NCBI GenBank assembly: GCA_002633005.1
Contig: NMRA01000106.1
Span: forward strand, 477,655 to 541,654
Reading direction: 5' to 3'
DNA: 64,000 bases
Source: Phoronis australis
Taxonomy: Eukaryota > Animalia > Phoronida
The notes beneath the pieces are model-generated. The model saw nothing but the letters and a program-made list of their open reading frames with translations. It made no database searches and had not been told where the DNA came from. This document shows, piece by piece, positions 55,601 to 64,000 of the stretch. How positions within the stretch are numbered: the stretch's first letter is position 1; each line of letters opens with the position of its first letter. A program made the position numbers and the translations under genes.

Positions 55601-58488
55601 GCTTTGTTTTATACAAGTATGTGCCAAAAACAAACAGACAAAATGACTCGGAATTCCCCGTTGTAACAGCTGAGCACAAGAGGAATTCCCCGCTGTGACA
55701 GCTGAGCAGAAGAGGAATTCTCCACCATGACGGGTCAACAATATTTTGCCCAATTACTTTTGGCATGTACTGTAGAAAAACTCCTTCACGGAAAATACCA
55801 CACTAAATAACTGACATTTGTTTCCGTTGTTACCACATTGGTTATATTTTCACCAAACTCCACCAGTGTTTTCAAAGAGCATCTATGGTTATTATCGCGG
55901 AAATTTGGCAAACTGGTTTTTGGTAAATGTTTGTTGGTATGTCTCCAATCTATCTGGCAAACTTCTCAATGTTGCAACTCCATCGAACTGGAAAACAAAA
56001 ACTTGGCCAGTGTATCCTGCAATTTACTCAGATTGTACTGCTTTCAGTTTGTGCCCACTTTTTGCTCACTTTTTTATCGTCATTTTGAAAACCACACCGA
56101 AAACTACCTTGAAGCGACAGGATCTTTGATATACTGAATACACTCACCCTCTGTGGAATCAACATTTTCCCAAGCAGCAGCTCCACCTAGGACATCATCA
56201 ATTTCCTTTAAGCGTGGATATATCCTGTTACTGACCTACGTGAAAGTAAAAAAGAAATGATAGGGAATAACACTAAATTGTTGCACTTCACTTTTCACAC
56301 ACAAACCACAGACTTGCTGTGTTCTCCAAAACCTGCTTTGACTTGTCACTCCATTAAGTTTAAATTTTGCGGTGACGAGTTTCGGTTACTTGCGTTGAGT
56401 TTGGAAAACTGTGCAACGAGTCTAAAGTATTGGAAGACAAGTCATTTCTTATTAAGTAAATTGGCTCATTGCGGACTTTTGGTACTTGTTCAGTGCATTT
56501 ATTCCCAAACTTATCAGACAAAGCTTCCAACACTATAGACATGGACTTTCAGACATATGCATGAGTTTTGGAATTCAGTGGAGTCTCTATTTTGAGTTGA
56601 GGAGAACAATGATAGCACCTTCAGCAATACGCAATATATCAATATCAAAGTACAAACTTATAAGTTACCAGTAGAGTCATCAGGTCAATTGGCTTAAACT
56701 ATCTATAAACCTGTCTTCCATCACAACACAAATTTTTGACACATGAAAATTCATTTTTCCATCCAAAAAGAGTGTGTCTATTGTTATTCACCATTATGAT
56801 GAAATTATTTGAAAACATATCTTTTGATTTTGATCATTCATTTACCATAATGTGAAAATAGTCTCAGATTGAAAAGGGTTTCAGGTCTTCAAAGGATGGA
56901 CAGTTCGTTACAGTTTGAGATCAGGCTCTACAAATCGGCTTATCACAATGTTCCAAGCATTGTCTAAACAAGGAACAGTCTGCCAGCTCTACGCAAACTC
57001 ATGAATCACTTCTCATCTGAGTGAGGAACCAGCTGACATGGCTGTAAGTGGTAAAGGACAATTAAGTGTCAGCCCCTCAAAAAATAAAAAATTTCAAGAC
57101 CTCACTGGGGTTAACTTTACTTATTCACAATCCTGTAAAAGTAACAAATGTAAACCATTTCTGTCTAGAATTTCAGAGGTGCCCAACTTCAGTCAATCCA
57201 TGTAGATCTAACTCAGATCTATACAATTCTCCACAGAACATGAGAACTGGCATTTAGCATGCTGAAAAGAATACACGCAATATTAGTAAAACAGTTCTAG
57301 TCCACCAGTCTTTTCAGAAGTTGTGCAATCATTTTTTGCCCATTTCACAATATTTGTGCTGTTGACATAAAATTATAAAAACTGAAACCACAAAAGAAAA
57401 TGTAATTGTAATTAATGGATCAAATTTCATGGAACCAAACAAGTTCATGGTATATGAAGTGCACATCAGCCACTTAATGATTTCATACAAAGTCTGTGAA
57501 AAAATTGACAAAACTTGGATATGACATCTTGTAATTGTAGTTTTTAAAACACAAGTCGAAATAAAAATTGAAAACATATCAATTGGCTGTGTTCAAGTCA
57601 CACAACTCCAGATAGTGGATGAAAAGCAAATTATTAGTTACTCGAAACAGAAAATAGTTTATTTGTTAGCTACTTCCATTTTTTTCAATAGCTAAATTTC
57701 TGAATTATTGAATTTCAACGTTGTCAAGGTGATATTGAAAACTAAGTTGTATATGTGTTCTCTACTGTTAAACACGTGCTACCAAAATGGATCGTTGTTT
57801 GACAACTAAAATGACGGGCCAGTTTTGGTACATACATTGTTATAAATACCTTGTGCAAATAGAGGAGGCCGTCGATGTCTTTAATTCTTTCCAACTCGAA
57901 CAAATAATCCCGTACAAAAAAAATGTTTTTCAGAGAAGTCAACCTATCATTCAGTGGCCGTCCAAATCGGCAACTGGCCATTTTTACCCAAGAGCACAAC
58001 GTAAAAATAGGAGCATGGGCAGTGTTAAAAATAGCCAGTTGGCGATTTGAACAACTGAACGAAAGACTGCTCGAAGTTTGATTACCAGAGTATTTGTTGG
58101 AGTTCGAAGGAATTAACTTGAAGACATCGATCGATGACGATGGTCTCCGAAAGAGTACCTCTATGCGTAAAAGGTACTTAAAACCACACAATTTTGATGT
58201 GAGCATCCGATAAATGAACCCCTAAGACGAGACAGTGTAGTGGTCACTGTCTATCTGTGGACCTCGTGCCAGCCTGGGCCCCAGGCCCTGGCTAAGCCTT
58301 AGCCTAGGGCATAGGCTAAGCCTCATTATGACCACAGGACATTCACGATAAATTCAAAAGTGACATTCGTCAAATACCTTTCTTGTGATATTCTGAATAT
58401 AAGGGCATGTGTTACAGGCAAATCTAAAGCCGCTTTGACCCTCCTCGACCACCAAAACATTGGCACACGTTGGACAAAACATCAACAT
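52670..58488 (-). CDS. POLR3K: DNA-directed RNA polymerase III subunit RPC10 (C11), 3 exons, 108 aa
   Basis: Exons 58378-58488 ([29 protein letters not shown]), 56148-56235 ([24 protein letters not shown]) and 52670-52797 ([41 protein letters not shown]). Two Zn ribbons and the TFIIS-like QTRSADEP motif. Confidence 0.97.
55650..55722. repeat. 32-bp tandem repeat x2.3
   Basis: GGAATTCCCCG(T/C)TGT(A/G)ACAGCTGAGCA(C/G)AAGA repeated. Confidence 0.85.
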
Positions 58489-58494
58489 GTTCCA

Positions 58495-58504
58495 ACCGGA
58501 AGTG
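58495..58504 (+). promoter_or_regulatory. ETS (GABP/ELK-type) motif next to the POLR3K start
   Basis: Perfect ACCGGAAGTG, 6 bp from the ATG; a common housekeeping-promoter motif. Confidence 0.5.
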
Positions 58505-59852
58505 GGAAATTTGGATCGCAAATAAACTGGAAGCTTTTAGGTTGGAGAACTTATTAGCTTTTAGTATAACACAAATGTTCACCTAAAATAGCGTGGTTTC
58601 ATTTTTTTATAATTAAAATAGTTTTTGACGAATGAATAAGCTGAAAAAAGGCAAAAAAAAACAAAAATAATTTGGGTTTTAGAGATTATTTTAAAGATGT
58701 CTGCGTCCTTCTTCAAGTTCTTGAGTGAGTGAGTACGGGTAGAGTTCAGTAAACAGAAGCTGTCTCGCCCTCGCGGCTAGAAAAATCTAGCCAACATCAC
58801 GTGTTCTCATTTTGAATACACTACAATATCGTATGTAATTTCGCTAAGTCTTACGTTTTTAGCAAGGTCCTAGCGTTACTGAACAGTCGATATATGGCAC
58901 GTGCATTTCAAAATGTGTCGGTTTTTGACGGTGAAATCGACACATTTCGTTTCTCAACTAAAAACCGCAAAAACTTGCTGAATAAACTACGATCACCTAC
59001 TGGATCGTCACTTTCTGGCAGCGGGACAGCGGGCGCGAACTTCATTCTTCTAGTTGGACGGTCCTCCGCCTACCGTAGACCTAATGGTAGGGAGGACAAT
59101 CAAAAAGTAGGTCACGGTGCTCCATATCTGCCTCCGTGTAAAACCCACGTCGGTAAATTACCCGATTTCAGACTTCAAAGTTAACTATAAGACAATTTTG
59201 TGTTATAAATCGTTACCTTAGTCTTTATTTGTAAGTTTGTAATCTTTTTGTATCAAATTAGCGCTGATAAATCATTTTTTGTAAGCTTTTTTTAGCGCAC
59301 GATTTTCCGCCATGCAATCAACTTTCGAAAAAGTACCTCTTGTTCCTCCTATCCAAAAGAGCACTATACTCTCAAATACAAACATGAAATTTGGACAGGA
59401 TGTAGTTTAGATGCATGCGCATCTCCTCAAGTTGTTTTCTTGAAGTCAAGGCCAAGTTTTCATGGCGAGTTTTCGATCGCCCGGAAGGCCTAATTTTGGT
59501 CGGTCGGGAGATTGATGTTTTTCCAGTTGCGCAATATGCCCCCCCGATTTTTAGATGAGGAATTTATCACTCTTTTAATTGGTAATTATTTAATTTTCAG
59601 AAATTCTGTCAAACTGCTGCGCATTGGCACTTTTCAAACAGCAGTCGTTAGTTCACTAAGTCGCCGCATGTCAGCGCCACCATCGGCTACGTTGAAGTTC
59701 AATGGCATCGCAACTTCACCGTTCGAAATAAAGTTGTTACAAAGTTTTTGTTGCGTAAATGATGAAATCCTTTATGTTAAGAGTGATTTGTTTTCCCAAA
59801 TGGTCTTTTGTCTACTTTCTGATGTTTTTTGCCATGATACAATTTAATAGTA

Positions 59853-59943
59853 CATGGGTGGCACCCAGCACTGAAAAAAGTGGGGAGCCAGTGTAGCCTC
59901 CCCCAGCCCCCTGTCACTGTCGGGCAATGATGTGTTGCCCATG
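59853..59943. mobile_element. 91-bp hAT-type MITE with 8-bp TSD
   Basis: TIRs CATGGGTGGCAC / GTGTTGCCCATG; flanks TAATAGTA and TAGTAGTA (7/8 match). Confidence 0.7.
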
Positions 59944-59953
59944 TAGTAGTATT

Positions 59954-60117
59954 CAGGGGCAGATCTAGGATTTTTAGATAGAAGGGGGGGGCAGGGCAGA
60001 GTATTACGCAGGATTTTATCCGTAAGATATTTGCACCCTCAAACTGCCAAATGAAATAATATGGGAGTTTTAGGGGGGCACGGGCCAGGCCCCCTTGCCC
60101 CCCCAAATCCACCAATG
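59954..60117. mobile_element. Degenerate hAT-type MITE
   Basis: CAGGGGCAGATCTAGG ... GCCCCCCAAATCCACCAATG termini with G-/C-rich subterminal runs. No clear TSD. Confidence 0.55.
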
Positions 60118-60566
60118 TGATCTTGTGATTTGATGTGAAATTTCCTCCTAGCTTAGATGTATTTATTTCTGAGGTGATGTGGTGTCTTTGCTCTTTATCT
60201 TTAAGCTGTGTAATCCATTGTTTTCATCAAACACTGAAACATGATGAGCCTGTTCTATATGCTATAACAACACACTTAAACAGCAATATCTCTGTAGAAA
60301 TCGATCCACATTTTATATAATACATACCACCATGTTTGTCTCAATTAGACGAATCTTTTTATATGCAGCACATGTATATTCTTTTATTTTTTACGAAATT
60401 ATGTAAAAAGGCAGATATTTTACGCATAATCATCGCGTTTCAACGGCCATTTTCTCGTCAACCGCTCATCCAATTTTTCTGATTTTTGTACCATTTCATT
60501 TCTCACACCAAGGGCTTTTCGAAAATGTATGACACATGGGTATTGTAAAAAAAATTAAAAAAACGT

Positions 60567-63500
60567 TGTCCTCCCTACTAATGGATATGCGTGGCCGCAG
60601 GGCAGTCGATGAGGCCATTTAGTATGTGGAGCGCTCCAGATGCCATACTGGGAGACCACATAAAATATATGTGCCGGTTGGCACTTAGTCCGCGGCATCA
60701 CGACCGCCAACGCAGGGACAGACCGGCCTGCCAGCGCTCCGCCCTCGGCACCGCAGACCCCGCAAACTGCCGGACTTGACACCGTGGACCACCGTCTGGT
60801 CCGTAGATGAGTAGATGAGGGCGAAGCCCTCGGACAGATTCGCAAGATCGGTCGATCTCGCCTTCTGTCCTTGCTGTGGTTGGTATGAACGTGGATTGAG
60901 AGGCAGGACCTGGTAGGAGGGTGGTGGTGTTCTTGTGGAGATGAGTGGAGATGCTCCGACCTGTATTGGAATGACGTCATCATTCCAATACGGGAAGTAA
61001 TTTCTGGCCCGTATTGGAATAAGCGGTCACTGTCGTTACGTTGCTCTTGGTGTGCAGACGTGTTAAGGATTTCTTGTGTTTAATGTTCGAGATAGAAGAT
61101 TTTATTTTTTAGAAGTTCTTGGCGTTCAATGATTAAGGAATTATCTTCTAACGTTTTTGCACATTTTTATTCCGATTTTTAGTGTTACTAGATACTGGTG
61201 TTGATTTTTTCAACGTGTTTACCAGCTTATCAGTCCCCTTGATTTCTGCAGTTTTTTTAGCCTAACTTTTATCTGTGTAGGGCTGTATTTGATTTCGATT
61301 TTTGTTCTTTTATCTCATCAAGTAGGTTAGGCAAAATGAGCATGCATCATGAGCACATGGATGAGTACCTTGCCGAAGCTGCGAAGGCAAAGAACAGCCG
61401 ATTCGTCTCTGACGAAAAATACGCAAAAATCCTGGAGGTGCTGAAGACCGACTCTAAGGACAAGATAGCCAGCGTTGTCAGTGATCCCAAGTTAAAGTGG
61501 TCCATCGGCAAGAAGAACATCCGTGTGCTGAATCTTCCAGAAATGAATGTCACTGACGCGCTGGCTGTTCCCAGGGAAGGTAGGAAAACGTTTGATATAT
61601 TTAAGTTATATCCAAGAAAACTTATCGTTGACTAAAGCCAGGTCTGTTAGCAATGGTTTATCACTTGAAATCTGAATATTCGCCATATTTTTATAAGTAA
61701 CCAGATCTGCCAAATACGGTGTTTCTATAGTCTATNGATCTTGCTAAAAACCAAGACTTTGGGAGAGTACAGGAGACAATGTCATACATTTTAAATGAGC
61801 ACAGGTGATTTTGGCAATTTTTTTTGGAAGACAGCTTCTGAACTCTACCCAATACAGCAGTATCTCACCTCTGTACATTGCCTAACAATTTAGTACAGTT
61901 TATGGTGTTCTTCGGCATACAATTTAAGTGTTGTATCCTAATTATAAACTAGTGAATTTTACACCGTCCTTGAATATGTGCCTTCTGAAAACACACATTT
62001 TTGAAATTGGAGTTGATTTCAGGAACTCAAAGAAGTGGCAGCTCATTCAGCTCATTAAGTTCTTCAAAACAACTTAATGTTCTTCAGATCATGCTTTTGC
62101 ACTATATCTTTAAAGTTATAACTTTAGTAGTAACATGGTTTGGCCTTTCATTCTAATTCTTTTATCAGGTTGTCTCATTCATATTTCATTTTCTGCACAA
62201 ACACGTGTGTGGTATAATGTCATCCTGTCTGTCTGTTACCGGTATTTACTGTTGTATCTGCTAAACCAGATGCATGTGCAATCTCAATGACATTTGGCAG
62301 ATATGTTCCTATAAAGTAAAAGAAGTAGCTTGTAACCATTGAGAATGGAACTAAAAGAGGTTACCTGACTGTATATACTTGCATTACATACGAGTTCAAG
62401 CTTAAAAATTCAAACAGGTCCCATTTATACTACACTTTAAAAATTTAGACAATGTGCAGTGCATGTGCATATCATCGTGAACTCACAAAAATGATACCTT
62501 TTTCCAAATTAACAACAAATCACTTGTCGTTTGTGGCAGACTGGTATAAGAGGTCATGGACTGAATTTAGATGGGACTGTTGCCAACAGCGATTTTTTTC
62601 GTTTAAGTTAGCCACCTGAAATTGGTCCAAATTTGTCTATTGGCAAATCTTAGCCTTTACGCTTATCTCTGTGTCGTCTAAGTTGAAATTAGGCAAATAT
62701 GATTGTGTTTTTCAGACCTCAACGCCTTTCCATTTTAGTGCGTGTACATATTGTGCATCACCTTGTGCATGCGTATGTGTATTACATATTTCCACTGTTC
62801 TTTTACAGGATGTCAAGATGACGGCAACTTGGCCAACTACAGGGTTCTCATTCCAACCTCAAAGATCTACGACACCGTTAAAAGAGTGCACGAGCAGTGC
62901 CTTCATGCTGGCTACAAGAAGGTAAAAGAGATCATGGATAGGGACTTCACGGGTGTGCCGCGCACGTTCATCGAAGAATTCTGCAGAACATGCCCCACTT
63001 GTGAAAAGAGTGAACCCCAGTCCTGCCGTCCACCTTTACGGCCTATCGTGGAGAACAGCCTGTGGTCCCGCATGCAAGTTGACCTGATCGACATGCAGCA
63101 TGCTCCTGACGGCAAGTACAATTTCATCTGCCATGTTGTTGACCACTTCTCTAAATTTCATATTCTATTTCCTTTAGAGTCCAAGACTGCACATGAAGTT
63201 GCCAGGATGCTTGAGGAAAGGGTGTTCTCGTACCTTGGACTTCCGACAGTGATACATTCAGACAATGGGAGGGAATTCAAGAATGCGTTGCTGAAGGACC
63301 TAACACAGCAGTGGGGCAACACCACCTTTGTGAATAGGCGACCATGTCATTCGCAGTCGCAAGGTTGTGTTGAAGTGGGGAACAAGACCGTAGTGCAAAA
63401 GCTTGCAAAGGTGATGGCAGAACATGGCGCAGCACCATTCTCATGGGCGTCATGGCTTGGTCGAGTGATGTATGCCATGAACAATCAGGTTTGTGAGACT

Positions 63501-64000
63501 ACGAAAAAGTCACCTTTCGAGGTAATGTATGGTAAGAAAAACAGAAACCCCGTTCCGTCTTTTGGAGGTGTGATTAATGAACAAGACCTTCATAACCCTA
63601 CTGACAATTCTTGCGATACTGACACCGAGTTACCAGACCTGACTGATGAACCTGCTACATCATCGACAACTCTCACCAAAAGCGAGACACCGGACATCTG
63701 CTCTACTCCTACTTCACCACTAGCTCCCCTGAGCAGTCATCCAGTTCAACTCCTAGGTCTCTTAATAGTAACAGTAATAGTGATAGTAATAATAATAATG
63801 GTAGTACTTCTCAGTTAATTTCAGGTGTGGCGGATGCAGATTGTGGCACAACAACTCAACCTGAATCCTTGTCGCCTACGAGAGCAGAAGTAAAGCGTGA
63901 AGCTCATGTTGCAACTGTGAGGAATGCGTCAAGGATGAAAGATAGGTACAAGAAGAAGTTCGGTAACAACATCTGCGAATTTCGTGTAGGAGACAACGTA
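60567..64000 (+). mobile_element. Putative Ginger-type DNA transposon (left part)
   Basis: Solo spliced integrase; candidate left terminus TGTCCTCCCTAC at 60567, followed by a GC-rich subterminal region. Boundary is inferred and the right end lies outside the window. Confidence 0.5.
61336..64000 (+). CDS. Intron-containing retroviral-type integrase/transposase (HHCC + DDE rve + F.VGD.V C-terminus), Ginger/KRBA2-SCAND3-like; 3'-incomplete, possibly frameshifted
   Basis: Exon 1 61336-61579 (GTAGGA donor); exon 2 from 62809 (TTTTACAG, phase 1). Motifs HEQCLHAG..CRTCPTC, RMQVDLIDM, VVDHFSKF, IHSDNGREF, HSQSQGCVE, SPFEVMYG. Continues in a shifted frame to ..RNASRMKDRY..EFRVGDNV at the window end. 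No RT/RNase H upstream. Confidence 0.85.

Noticed and set aside
60555-60983. 142-aa GC-rich ORF and a GATGAG..GAA hammerhead-like string near 60805-60830
   Set aside because: The ORF is explained by high GC in the subterminal region; the string lacks the CUGANGA and GAAA cores.
63757-63818. C-terminal transmembrane helix on the integrase (LLIVTVIVIVIIIMVVLL)
   Set aside because: Out-of-frame reading of an AAT/AGT microsatellite-like Asn/Ser tract (or an intron).

Overview
Intron-rich, AT-rich animal genomic DNA (invertebrate; lophotrochozoan-like by repeat style, which is inference only), with one 364-N gap at 26421-26784. Spliced gene models were built by hand from GT-AG sites and phase checks. 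(1) A 10-exon minus-strand coiled-coil gene (~516 aa, 10700->2653) sits head-to-head with (2) a complete 25-exon VPS11 (920 aa, 11424->34682). (3) A 4-exon minus-strand Schlafen-like (SLFNL1-type) gene encodes RRM-like + RS-rich + AlbA_2 + coiled coil + CaaX (~388 aa, 41314->35625); its last intron holds two inverted Penelope GIY-YIG fragments. (4) An uncharacterised 375-aa ORF lies at 50062-51189. (5) A 3-exon POLR3K (108 aa) runs 58488->52670. (6) An intron-containing HHCC-DDE integrase (Ginger/KRBA2-SCAND3-like) runs off the right end. The most striking non-coding feature is a ~360-bp, TSD-flanked fold-back element in VPS11 intron 4, with a Pol III B-box-like loop and two divergent minimal hammerhead-ribozyme motifs. 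Several MITEs, SINE-like remnants and short tandem repeats are also present.
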